64,000 nt of DNA, taken from assembly GCA_964453785.1 (NCBI GenBank), contig CAYVRK010000015.1:7142-71141 (forward strand), given 5' to 3'. The number at the start of each line of letters is the position of its first letter. The stretch's first letter is position 1. Below are positions 6,526 to 16,035 of this stretch, piece after piece. This stretch comes from an uncultured Bacteroides sp. GTDB lineage: Bacteria > Bacteroidota > Bacteroidia > Bacteroidales > GCA-2748055. Below the pieces are notes generated by a model. That model was not told the origin of the DNA. It did not search any database and saw nothing but the letters and a program-made list of their open reading frames with translations. The translations under genes and the position numbers were made by a program.

Positions 6526-7098
6526 ATGGAAGCATTCATAGAAGACAAAACATTTGAAAACATCAACTTTCAGGAAAATCCGCTGGCCAAAAGTGAGTAT
6601 GAAAATTGTGTGTTTCATCAATGTGATTTATCAAACGCAGACCTATCAAACATAGGGTTTACGGAATGTGAGTTTCATGGATGCAATCTAAGTCTGTCAA
6701 AAATCATCAAAACTGCATTTCGGGATGTACATTTCAGGGAGTGCAAAATGCTGGGGCTTCAATTTGAAAATTGCAATGAATTCGGGCTATCCTTTTCATT
6801 TGAGAAGTGCCAGCTGAATCATTCTTCATTCTACAGGACAAAAATCAAAAAGACCCAATTCAGGAATTCACAAATCCAGGAGACTGATTTTACGGAGTGC
6901 GACCTGACGGGTTCAACGTTTGATCATTGCGATCTGGGCGGGGCTACTTTTGACCACACAAATCTTGAGAATGTGGATTTCCGGACTTCAGACAACTACT
7001 CCATTGATCCCGAAATAAACCGGATAAAGAAAGCAAAATTCTCTCTGCAGGGACTTTCAGGATTATTAGATAAATATGACATCGAAATTGATAGTTGA
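6526..7098 (+). CDS. Pentapeptide-repeat protein (Qnr/MfpA-like right-handed quadrilateral beta-helix)
   Basis: The 190-aa product consists almost entirely of A(D/N)LxX-type pentapeptides (CDLSNADLSNIGFTECEFHGCNLSLSK, CDLTGSTFDHCDLGGATFDHTNLENVDF). Confidence 0.9.
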   Translation: MEAFIEDKTFENINFQENPLAKSEYENCVFHQCDLSNADLSNIGFTECEFHGCNLSLSKIIKTAFRDVHFRECKMLGLQFENCNEFGLSFSFEKCQLNHSSFYRTKIKKTQFRNSQIQETDFTECDLTGSTFDHCDLGGATFDHTNLENVDFRTSDNYSIDPEINRIKKAKFSLQGLSGLLDKYDIEIDS

Positions 7099-7227
7099 AT
7101 TTTAGAGGGAGCTAGAGTACCGGGGATGATCTACTGAGAATCCGGTGAGGGAGATATCTTGAAAACTGCTGGTCATTTCCGGTGAGTGTCCTATATTTGG
7201 TATACGAACACCTCACTTTTCAGATTG

Positions 7228-7920
7228 ATGACAAATAAAACCAAATGGATCATCCTGTTTTTTCTGATCATCGGTAGTTCTGATGCATTTAGCCAAACCC
7301 TTGAGATTTTTGGAGGTCCGAACCTCAGTGTCCTGTATAATGTCGGTCAAGACGGTCACTACGAAACCACCTACGAAAACAGAAATGGGATTAACTTGGG
7401 TATTGGTGTGGAAAATGTAAAAATCGATTGGGTCACCATGCGATTCACACTAAGCTATGATATGTATGGAGGTGAGATTCATGAAAAAGTATCCGGCCTT
7501 GCAAGTGGCTCGGCAACTGCAGCCAAATTTGAAAAGTCTGTCCTGTCTCTCGGCCTATACCCGCTCAACTTTTATTTATTCAAGCACATAGATGTCAATT
7601 TCGGGGTAGAGTTATCCAGGCGGGTATATGAATCCTTCTCCGGAACATATAGTGGATTCAGTATTATTGATAGCGGTTATTCATTTTCCAGCTACGACTT
7701 GCAGGACGAATACGAGAACCTTAGTTCTGCCTCGCAATTCGGACTCCGTGCAAGAATTGCATACGATATTCATTTGACCGGGTCGCTGGTATTATCGCCC
7801 CAATATTCCTACTACCTGGGATTATCATCTGAATTCGATTACAAAATAATAGCATATGCAAAATCCATGAGGCACTATTTCTGTATCGGAATTAAAATGA
7901 ACTTTAAAACGAACCCTTAA
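7228..7920 (+). CDS. Small outer-membrane beta-barrel (porin-family/OmpW-like) protein
   Basis: There is a signal peptide (MTNKTKWIILFFLIIGSSDAFSQ) and an alternating hydrophobic/aromatic strand pattern. The start is moved from the GTG at 7186 to ATG 7228. Confidence 0.7.
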   Translation: MTNKTKWIILFFLIIGSSDAFSQTLEIFGGPNLSVLYNVGQDGHYETTYENRNGINLGIGVENVKIDWVTMRFTLSYDMYGGEIHEKVSGLASGSATAAKFEKSVLSLGLYPLNFYLFKHIDVNFGVELSRRVYESFSGTYSGFSIIDSGYSFSSYDLQDEYENLSSASQFGLRARIAYDIHLTGSLVLSPQYSYYLGLSSEFDYKIIAYAKSMRHYFCIGIKMNFKTNP

Positions 7921-8104
7921 AACAATTTTCATCATAAAATAACCTGTGGGAGAATATCAATACTGCCGATCAGTCAGAAATGACGATGGCTGAAAGGGAG
8001 CAACGGGGATATTTCACTTCCATGGAACAGTTGAAGGGAATTGGGATCAATTTATTCTCTATGGCATAGAACGCAACCAAAATGCCGGGTTTTGTATCTT
8101 AGAG

Positions 8105-9364
8105 ATGGACCCAAAACAACACCCCATGAAACACTGTGCCACCTTGTTTCTGTTCATACTCATCCCATGGTGTGGGATGATCTCCTGTGAAAAAGATGAC
8201 CCTGTTGACAAAGAACCACAGAAAATAGCCCTTCACCATAAATCGACCGAGATCATTAAAGCCGATCAGGCATTTGGTTTCGAACTGTTCAGGGAGGCAA
8301 TCAGCCTGTGTGACGAGGAGAACATCATGATCTCTCCTCTAAGTGTGGCCTATGCACTGGGGATGACTTACAACGGAGCAGCCGGAACCACGCTGGAAGC
8401 ATTCAATGAAGTCCTGCATTTCGGCGAACTCACCACCCGGGAAGTCAATGAGAGCTACAAGGACCTGATGGACCAACTGGTTCACCTGGACGACCGGGTG
8501 TTGTTTTCAATGGCCAACAGCATCTGGTACCGGCTGGGATATCAGGTATTGTCAGAATTCAAACAAACCAACGAAGACTATTTTGATGCCGGGGTAGAAG
8601 AGATAGATTTCAGTGACCCGGAAACCTTGGAGGTGATCAACCAGTGGATAGAGAACAACACCAACGGCAAAATCAAAGATATGCTTGATTACATCCCTTC
8701 GGATGCGGTCATGTACCTGATCAATGCCATCTATTTCAATGCGCAGTGGAAATATGAGTTTGTGAAGGAGGAAACCTATGAAGGAGATTTCAGGATGGCA
8801 GATGGCTCTCTTTATCCGGCTGATTTCATGCGCGTATCGGGCAATTTTGCCTTTACAACAAACGAAGCCTTCTCGGCTGTTGAACTTCCTTATGGAGACA
8901 GCACCTTCAGCATGGTGATCCTGCTCCCTTCGGGTGAGATTAAAGTATCAGATCTGGTCGCCCAACTGGATGAATCCCACTGGGATTCCTGGTTCGACAA
9001 TACCACCTGCACGGGAATGCAGATCGATCTGCCGAAATTCAAATACGGGTTTAAGGGCCTGTTGAACGATCCGCTGATCAACCTGGGTCTTGGAGATGCT
9101 TTCTCGGGCCAGGCAGATTTCACCAGGATCAACCCGGAGGGAAATATCTTTATTTCAAGGGTCATTCACCAGACCTTTATCGATGTGCAGGAAGAGGGCA
9201 CCGAAGCTGCTGCAGCCACCATTGTGGAGATGAGATATAACAGCGCAGAAGGAGGCAGTCCCATCTTCTTCAAAGTGGACAAACCTTTCCTCTACCTTAT
9301 TAAAGAAAACTCCACCGGAGCCCTTATGTTTATGGGAAAGGTGGGGAAGCCCGAATACGATTAG
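8105..9364 (+). CDS. Serpin family protease inhibitor, probably a lipoprotein
   Basis: The product shows SPLSVAYALGMTYNGAAGTT, NAIYFNAQWKYEF and an inhibitory-type hinge/reactive-centre loop (QEEGTEAAAATIVEMRYNS). The C-terminus is FLYLIKENSTGALMFMGKV and the N-terminus has a lipobox-like GMISC. Confidence 0.9.
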   Translation: MDPKQHPMKHCATLFLFILIPWCGMISCEKDDPVDKEPQKIALHHKSTEIIKADQAFGFELFREAISLCDEENIMISPLSVAYALGMTYNGAAGTTLEAFNEVLHFGELTTREVNESYKDLMDQLVHLDDRVLFSMANSIWYRLGYQVLSEFKQTNEDYFDAGVEEIDFSDPETLEVINQWIENNTNGKIKDMLDYIPSDAVMYLINAIYFNAQWKYEFVKEETYEGDFRMADGSLYPADFMRVSGNFAFTTNEAFSAVELPYGDSTFSMVILLPSGEIKVSDLVAQLDESHWDSWFDNTTCTGMQIDLPKFKYGFKGLLNDPLINLGLGDAFSGQADFTRINPEGNIFISRVIHQTFIDVQEEGTEAAAATIVEMRYNSAEGGSPIFFKVDKPFLYLIKENSTGALMFMGKVGKPEYD

Positions 9365-9442
9365 ACAGGGGGCCTCCCCGTTTCAGCCATTCCCATGCTG
9401 AAAAACCGTACATTTATTACTCTCAATCATTAGAAATATCTG

Positions 9443-10231
9443 ATGGTAAAGCAGGATAATTATACGGAATCCATCTCAAAACTGAACAAACTGAAGGCTG
9501 GAACAACAGTGAATCTGGTGTTGAGCGGAGGGGGTGAAAAAGGGATTGCCCATGTGGCACTGCTTGAAAAGCTGGAAGACCTGCAGATTAAAATCAATGC
9601 CATATCGGCAACCAGTGCCGGTTCACTGGTTGGCGCCATGTATGCTTCAGGAGTCAGACCCGGGGAAATCATCGAAATCTTTACAGAAACTCCGCTTTTC
9701 AGGTACTCCTGGCTTAACCCCCTCAATTCAGGAATATTCAAATCTGAAAAGTACCAGGTATATCTGAAGGATCTGGTAAGAGACAGCTTTGAGAGACTTG
9801 ATATTCCCATGTTCATATGCGCCACCAATATGGAAGACGGGGAGAGCCACTATTTCCACCAGGGCCAGTTGCTCAAACCTTTGATCGCATCGTGTGCTGT
9901 ACCCGGTATTTTTTCTCCGGTTGAAATCGACGGGAAGCTCTATTCGGATGGCGGGGTCATGGATAATTTCCCTGTTTTCCCGTTCCGGGATGATCCTTTA
10001 CCGGTCATCGGAAGCTATGTGGTTGTACCCAAAATCGTTGGGAAAAAGGATTTGGATAATCCCATTAAAGTAACCAGCCGGTCGGCCACCCTGATGGGAT
10101 ATGCAGTGAACCGTTCCAAATTCTTTGACACCTATTTGACGGTTGTTCACCAGATCCGGGATTTCGGAATATTCGATCAGAAGCACGGGCACCAGATCTA
10201 TGACAAGGCCCGGCAGGAGTTGTTCGGCTAG
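9443..10231 (+). CDS. Patatin-like phospholipase
   Basis: It has an oxyanion GGGEKG motif, a nucleophile elbow (ATSAGS, the GxSxG position) and a catalytic DGG (YSDGGVMDNFP). Confidence 0.88.
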   Translation: MVKQDNYTESISKLNKLKAGTTVNLVLSGGGEKGIAHVALLEKLEDLQIKINAISATSAGSLVGAMYASGVRPGEIIEIFTETPLFRYSWLNPLNSGIFKSEKYQVYLKDLVRDSFERLDIPMFICATNMEDGESHYFHQGQLLKPLIASCAVPGIFSPVEIDGKLYSDGGVMDNFPVFPFRDDPLPVIGSYVVVPKIVGKKDLDNPIKVTSRSATLMGYAVNRSKFFDTYLTVVHQIRDFGIFDQKHGHQIYDKARQELFG

Positions 10232-10245
10232 AACAACTGCATTAC

Positions 10246-11409
10246 TCATTCCCAGTAAAGTCTGTTATCCATTACATACTCCAGCATCTCTTCATACAGG
10301 ATCAACTGGGTATCAAGAATATCAGCATAGGATACGATGGGCTCCGGGCGCTGATCAGATACACAGCCATGACTACATTCGAAAGTAAAGGCCATGGTGC
10401 CGGAAATATGGTGCAGGGCACTGATCAGATTGAAGCTTTCCTGCGGGGGGAACTCTTTGTCTTCCACGGATGGCTCACCCATCTGGTTGTCCGGATAACA
10501 GGGCAAACCTTCCTCCCTGAATCTCTGGTTGAGCTGCCTGGCCAGCTGTTCAATGCGTTGTTTCATGAACCAGGGTTCATAGCTGGCATGCAGGATCCTG
10601 GACTCTTCCTCCATGGAATGAAGAGATACAGTCATATCCGGCGCTTCAGCCCGGGCAATTCCCATGATGGCTTTGGTTTCATCTGCCATGGGGGAGAAAA
10701 AATCATCATGCATCAGGTTGATGCCATTGTCGTTGAAATAGGCGCCAAGGATCCCCACATTCCCCTCCATGGGATGAAGGGATTTTGCCTGGGGCCAACC
10801 CCAGGATGAACCATCGGTGCGGGTACCCTGACCGTATTTGGTCATGATCTCGGTAGGAATGCCGGTAAAACTGTCATAAGGACATCTTTTCCGCCCATCG
10901 GGATTGCCGCAGGGAACGATGATTACCCGGCACTGGTCCAGTAATTCCTTCAATCGACCCCATTCCTTTCCCCGGTGATCCCTACCTGTTTCTGCAACAT
11001 GGATCAGGTTGATCAGACCAACCAACCCTTCGACTTCATGACCGTGTACCGGACCAAGGAAATAGACCACAGCTTTGGTACCATGGCCTTTTTTTGCATA
11101 ATAAGCCGGATTCAGAGCTGCCACTGCAGAATTGTAATTGGCCTGTGATTGGAAATCTTCTTTCTCCCCATAATAAACTGCATACAGGGGTAGGCCTCCC
11201 GGTGAAGTGGCGATGACCTCTTTTTTACCCTTTTTAATGCTATTGAGTTCAGCTTCCAGATCGGACAAAGTGGATTTGTAGAATGAGGGCAAATCAGTAA
11301 GGTTGGGTGGGTCACCGGCTTCTATGGGACTCTGGGCACGGCATAGCCCCGCGAAGGAAATGAGAACAGAAATGAGGAAGCCTTTGAAGAAAAAGTTACG
11401 CTGTACCAT
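10246..11409 (-). CDS. Secreted M14-like zinc carboxypeptidase family protein
   Basis: There is a signal peptide, an HxxE zinc motif (GPVHGHEVEG) and a distal His (TVSLHSMEE). Confidence 0.6.
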   Translation of the reverse strand: MVQRNFFFKGFLISVLISFAGLCRAQSPIEAGDPPNLTDLPSFYKSTLSDLEAELNSIKKGKKEVIATSPGGLPLYAVYYGEKEDFQSQANYNSAVAALNPAYYAKKGHGTKAVVYFLGPVHGHEVEGLVGLINLIHVAETGRDHRGKEWGRLKELLDQCRVIIVPCGNPDGRKRCPYDSFTGIPTEIMTKYGQGTRTDGSSWGWPQAKSLHPMEGNVGILGAYFNDNGINLMHDDFFSPMADETKAIMGIARAEAPDMTVSLHSMEEESRILHASYEPWFMKQRIEQLARQLNQRFREEGLPCYPDNQMGEPSVEDKEFPPQESFNLISALHHISGTMAFTFECSHGCVSDQRPEPIVSYADILDTQLILYEEMLEYVMDNRLYWE

Positions 11410-11485
11410 GATTTTTAAAGTTTGCGGTTCGAAACACTACCCAAGTTAATGATAAAAGGGCTAAAACCCGAAAGGCTTTGTTTGC

Positions 11486-12520
11486 CTAGAATAGTTGAGA
11501 GACCGGACCCTGACTGACCCCCAGGTATGTGTTGTGATCCGGATCAATCTCCCTGAGCAACTCGACGGACCTCTCCCACAGTTTCAGCCCTTCTTCCGGT
11601 TCATACACCTTGGGATCCATTCTCTTGGGATTGAACATATGGAGGTACTCGTTGGTTTTGCCCTCGTAGTCAGGCGACAGGGCCATGTAAACCACCGGCA
11701 GGGCCGCTTTGGCAGGTGGCCGGAAAACTATCCAGAAGATCCCGTTAAGGACCTTTCTCAGCAACCAGGGCGCTTCTTTCACGATGTTGGAATGAACGGG
11801 ACCCGGGCAGATTGCATTGATGCCAAGCAGAACCTTATTTTTGTTGACCCGTTTGGAGAGCTCGGTGGCGTAAGTGTTCAGGACCAGCTTGAAGTAGCTG
11901 TAGTTGGAGATGGCCTTGGACACCCCGTATTCGAAATAGCGCCCGAATTCATCATAATCAATGTAGGTGGCTCCCTGGTGCGAATCGCTGGAGATGAAGA
12001 TCAGCCTGGAGAGCCTGCCCGCCTCCTTCAGTTCGAGTACCCCGTGCTGGATCATCAGCAGGGTGAGGGTTACATTGGAAAGGTAATTGACCTGGAAGAA
12101 TTCATCCTGGCCCGTTTCTGTTTTCCGTGGACCGGGCAGGGCCACCGCCGCATTGAGGATGCATACATCAAGGGTGATCCCGTCACTCACAAGCGATTGC
12201 ACAAATGCATGGATGGTCTTGATCTTGCTGAGATCCAGGTACCTCATTTCGACGGTATCCGATCCGGAGAGTTTCTTTACCCGCTCTCCCGCTTCCGGGA
12301 TCTGGCTTCTGCAAGCCATGATCACCCTGGCGCCCCGTTTGGCAAAATCAACCGCAAGGGCAAAACCCAGTCCCGATGTGGCACCGGTAATCACCACCGT
12401 CTTGCCATCAGCTCGATCATCGTCTGTTAACCGGGATTCAAGTTTTTGCCCCGAAAAGAAATCCCTGACCCCGGCAAGGGATGCCACTACGGGATTGGTA
12501 AAACGACCTTCAGCCATCAT
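11486..12520 (-). CDS. SDR family oxidoreductase (paralogue 2 of a tandem pair)
   Basis: It carries a TGxxxGxG motif (VVITGATSGLGFA), a YxxxK motif (YGVSKAISNY) and a 45-aa N-terminal extension. Overall architecture matches 12510..13541. Confidence 0.88.
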   Translation of the reverse strand: MMAEGRFTNPVVASLAGVRDFFSGQKLESRLTDDDRADGKTVVITGATSGLGFALAVDFAKRGARVIMACRSQIPEAGERVKKLSGSDTVEMRYLDLSKIKTIHAFVQSLVSDGITLDVCILNAAVALPGPRKTETGQDEFFQVNYLSNVTLTLLMIQHGVLELKEAGRLSRLIFISSDSHQGATYIDYDEFGRYFEYGVSKAISNYSYFKLVLNTYATELSKRVNKNKVLLGINAICPGPVHSNIVKEAPWLLRKVLNGIFWIVFRPPAKAALPVVYMALSPDYEGKTNEYLHMFNPKRMDPKVYEPEEGLKLWERSVELLREIDPDHNTYLGVSQGPVSQLF

Positions 12521-13541
12521 TCAAAAGTTTTGTGTCAACAGTTTTCATCAGTTCTTCAGACAATTCCCACAAGCGACGGCCATTTTCAGGATCCACCGCC
12601 TTCTCGTCCATCTCCTTGTGCTGCATCAGGAACATGTATGCACCGGTCCGGCCCTCCATGGCTTTGGAAGCAGCCAGGTAGATCACCGGCCTGCATGCCT
12701 TTTCGGGCGACCGGAAAAAAATGCCAAACACCAGCTTCAGCAAGGGCTGAAAAAGCCGGGGCGCTTCCCGTGCGATGTTCGAGTTGACAGGTCCCGGACA
12801 GAGGGCAAAGACCGAGCAATGCACATCCTCTCCGGGGTTGATCCGCCTGGAGAGTTCACTGGCCATGGTCAGCAGCAAAAGCTTATAATACCCGTACATG
12901 GCCACCGAGGCTTTAATACCGTAAGGCTCGAACCTGCCGAAACTTTCCCATTCAATCTTTTCCGGGTTCCTGTGACTTTCGGAAGCCACAAAGACGATTC
13001 TGGGAATGGTACCAGAGGGATTCCGGCTTTCTCCATTGATCAGGCCATTCCCATTCATCAGTAAGTTGACCAGGATGAACTTGGCAAAGTAGTTCACCAC
13101 AAACATCTCGTCCAGCCCCTCCTTCACGGGCCGCCCCTGCCTTGCTACCATGCCCGCATTGCAAACCATGATGTCAGGAAAGCCAAACCTGCTTTTCAAT
13201 TCTTTTACAAACCCGGGGAGGGAATCCAGGCTGGCCAGGTCCAGGTGGATCATCTCCACCTTGTCCGATCTGCTCTTTCGTTTCACCAGTTCTCCTTTTT
13301 CAGGAATACCGCTTCGGACGGCCATGATCACATGGGCACCACGGCTGGCCATCTCGATGGCCGTAGCAAGTCCCAGTCCCGAACTGGCACCGGTAACCAG
13401 AACCTTTTTACCCTCCAGGGAGGGAAGCCCGTCCAGGCTGATTTCATCCACTGGCCGCCTGAAAAGGTCTGTAATTCCCGTGACCATGGCTGTAAGCGGA
13501 CTTTTGTATTTTTCTTTCCCGGAATGCTCCTTCTTCATCAT
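12510..13541 (-). CDS. SDR family oxidoreductase (paralogue 1 of a tandem pair)
   Basis: It shows VLVTGASSGLGLATA, NAGM and YGIKASVAMY. It overlaps the next SDR gene by 11 nt. Confidence 0.88.
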   Translation of the reverse strand: MMKKEHSGKEKYKSPLTAMVTGITDLFRRPVDEISLDGLPSLEGKKVLVTGASSGLGLATAIEMASRGAHVIMAVRSGIPEKGELVKRKSRSDKVEMIHLDLASLDSLPGFVKELKSRFGFPDIMVCNAGMVARQGRPVKEGLDEMFVVNYFAKFILVNLLMNGNGLINGESRNPSGTIPRIVFVASESHRNPEKIEWESFGRFEPYGIKASVAMYGYYKLLLLTMASELSRRINPGEDVHCSVFALCPGPVNSNIAREAPRLFQPLLKLVFGIFFRSPEKACRPVIYLAASKAMEGRTGAYMFLMQHKEMDEKAVDPENGRRLWELSEELMKTVDTKLLNDG

Positions 13542-13547
13542 GTCTGA

Positions 13548-14807
13548 TTACAGTTGAGTTCCGCTTAGCTTATGATACAATGCATAGTAGGTGCTGTTTT
13601 TCTGTACCAGATCCCGCGCATTCAATCCGAAATCTGAAAGATCGTATTCGTGAATGCCATACTTGCCCTGGGGATTTTCCGATTCGGCCAGTTCAAAACG
13701 CCTCCTGATCGGGTCCGGGATTCCACCGTACCTTTCATATATTTTGTCCAGCTGTCCCATGCAGTCCTTCACCAGGTCGGCGTACATGATATCGGTAATG
13801 TTGCCCCGCTCCTTAACCTGCTCCCTGTATGCCAAGCCTTTCTCCAGCATATAGGTGGTCTTCCGTACCCAATGATCCGTGACCCTTTTAATCTGCACAT
13901 CATCGGTAAAGATGACCCGGCTGTGACAAACCATACTCAGAAATGAGGGGATGCACTCGGTGGGCTCCCGGTGGGTCCAGATAAGATGGGGATCACCATA
14001 ATACTTTTCAATCAGCGGAAGAAATTCCATGTGATGGGGGGACTTCAGGACCCAGCGTTTGCTAGGTTGCTGCCACTGCAATAGCCGCAGTAGCTTGCTT
14101 CCGTATTCATAGGCATGGGACTGATCCGTGGCTTCAAGCCAGCCGGAATAGGAAGGAACATGGGTGGTCGCTTCAGGGGTGGTGCTCAGAAAAGTCACAT
14201 CAAGCAGCAGGATGTCCTCTTCGGGAGCCGAATGTTCCACAGGATGGATGGCAAAAAAGCCTGGGGTCATCCTGCGAAGGGCCTTCTCGCTTGTTTTTGC
14301 AACTTTTATCCGCCTGTCCTTTCCGTTCATATGGAGTTTAAAGGGAGCCGGATTGATGGCTTCCCAGCTTCTGAGCACCCTGTTATCAGGATCGGCCGAA
14401 AGCAGACGATGAAGCTTGGTGGTCCCGGTGCGCTGTAAACCCACAATCACCATGGGAGGGTGAACCTCCGCCTCGAGTATTTCGGGGTACTTTCTAAACC
14501 AATTCTCTGCCCGCAGCCTCACACCCAGCAGGTTGATAATCCGTTTACGCGAAATGTACCATCCGATGGGATGCAAATTTGCTTCATGATTCAGTGAGTA
14601 GATCAGCCTGTCCAGGGGTTCATCCCAGAAATCTGAACCAAAGTCATGAAGGCCATATGCTTGCCGGGCAGCAGTTATCAGTTCATCCTTTTTCAACAGG
14701 GGAGCCGGTCCGAGAGACTGGGCTTTTCTCCAGATATAATTGATGCCGTTGAACCACCCGGGGCGATTCATAAAATCTGTGGAGGTGATAATTCTTCCTG
14801 TTTTCAT
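13548..14807 (-). CDS. PAPS-dependent sulfotransferase family protein
   Basis: The 5'-PSB loop is LQRTGTTKLHRLL. A 3'-PB-like region is present (WTHREPTECIPSFLSM). The size of 419 aa matches the bacterial Sulfotransfer_3 type. Confidence 0.8.
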   Translation of the reverse strand: MKTGRIITSTDFMNRPGWFNGINYIWRKAQSLGPAPLLKKDELITAARQAYGLHDFGSDFWDEPLDRLIYSLNHEANLHPIGWYISRKRIINLLGVRLRAENWFRKYPEILEAEVHPPMVIVGLQRTGTTKLHRLLSADPDNRVLRSWEAINPAPFKLHMNGKDRRIKVAKTSEKALRRMTPGFFAIHPVEHSAPEEDILLLDVTFLSTTPEATTHVPSYSGWLEATDQSHAYEYGSKLLRLLQWQQPSKRWVLKSPHHMEFLPLIEKYYGDPHLIWTHREPTECIPSFLSMVCHSRVIFTDDVQIKRVTDHWVRKTTYMLEKGLAYREQVKERGNITDIMYADLVKDCMGQLDKIYERYGGIPDPIRRRFELAESENPQGKYGIHEYDLSDFGLNARDLVQKNSTYYALYHKLSGTQL

Positions 14808-15991
14808 AAATGGCTTAGTTCGGTGGTCTTAATGACACGGCAAAAGGGTTGTACGGGCCGGGCGCCCTGATGGATACGGTACCACCTCCAGCACATGGTA
14901 CCTTCCAGGTGATGGGCTGTTTCAATCCAATTGGGCAGACCCGGATCAGCGTGGCTGACAATGACCCGGACACTTCCATCCGGACCATAACTGGCATTGT
15001 GTGCATTGATACAAATATTGTGGTATCGATAATCCAGGGATTCCATCCAGTAATTGTCCAGCTGAAAATTCCATGCGTCGCACGCCGGAGGCACCACCTC
15101 AATCACCAGTGCCTCATCGGAATCCAGCTTCCAGTAGCTGTGGTAATAAGTAATGCTTTCGTCACCGCCCGCGGCATTGGATGTTTCCGGGTCAAACAGG
15201 GGCAGCTGGTTCACATGCTTTTTAAATCCATTGGCCCACCTGGCAAAGAGAAGGCTGGCCCCCCCCACAAACATGGAAGCGGTCTTCAGCCCCTCATCCA
15301 CCTGTCGGGTGGTGAGTGCCCCGGGTTTTTGATCCGCCATGGTGTTGATCACTTTCAGTTCGGCAGGCACCTCTTTGAATCGGTCAGAGAAAGTCTGACG
15401 AACCATCAACAGGCTTGTCTCTTCTTCCATCTTCAGCCAGTTCTTCCCGGCCCGTTCCCTGCTCAGGGTTATCTCAAAGGATCCGTCCGGCTCTACCACC
15501 AGTTCATCGTTTCCGATCTTCCCGCACGGTGCCAGTCCGCCCGTGGTTCCGTAATTGCCATTTTGTGTATGGAAACTGATGTGATCCACCGTATTTCTTT
15601 TCCCCACAATTTTATAGCTGTATTGTCCGCTGATCTGGGCATTCTGGTAATAGTTATCCGGGTTATCGGCCCCCATCTTCACGGTTTCGTGAACCATCCT
15701 GCGCAACTCGGGGACCATGGGATCCTGGTATTCCAGATAAGCCTCAAGTCCGGCCCGGGTGAGCCGGGAGAGATAACGCACACCTTCTGCCTGCTGAAAC
15801 GGATCGCGTGGTGCACCCGGAGAGAGCAGCACGTTACCCGCCGCTTTCAGATGATCGCAGAATTCTGCCCACGCTTTGCCGGTGACCACCCGCTGGTCAT
15901 ACAAATCCTGCGAGATTTTTCCACGCATCTTCAGAAAGAGCCTTTGAATGGCCCCCTGGATACGAAGAAAATAGTACAGGATTTTTCTCAT
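14804..15991 (-). CDS. Conserved hypothetical protein, possibly DUF1214-like
   Basis: A 395-aa ORF whose stop overlaps the sulfotransferase start by 4 nt. The domain call is from memory of DUF1214-type sequences only. Confidence 0.6.
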   Translation of the reverse strand: MRKILYYFLRIQGAIQRLFLKMRGKISQDLYDQRVVTGKAWAEFCDHLKAAGNVLLSPGAPRDPFQQAEGVRYLSRLTRAGLEAYLEYQDPMVPELRRMVHETVKMGADNPDNYYQNAQISGQYSYKIVGKRNTVDHISFHTQNGNYGTTGGLAPCGKIGNDELVVEPDGSFEITLSRERAGKNWLKMEEETSLLMVRQTFSDRFKEVPAELKVINTMADQKPGALTTRQVDEGLKTASMFVGGASLLFARWANGFKKHVNQLPLFDPETSNAAGGDESITYYHSYWKLDSDEALVIEVVPPACDAWNFQLDNYWMESLDYRYHNICINAHNASYGPDGSVRVIVSHADPGLPNWIETAHHLEGTMCWRWYRIHQGARPVQPFCRVIKTTELSHL

Positions 15992-16035
15992 AGCAGCTTG
16001 GTTTACCTGTCGGAATTGTCGCCAAATATATTCAT

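Noticed and set aside
11495-13064. Long plus-strand ORFs (311 and 325 aa) overlapping the two SDR genes
   Set aside because: They are shadow ORFs antisense to genes with clear SDR motifs. Their translations are low-complexity and rich in Pro, Arg and Gly, with no motifs.
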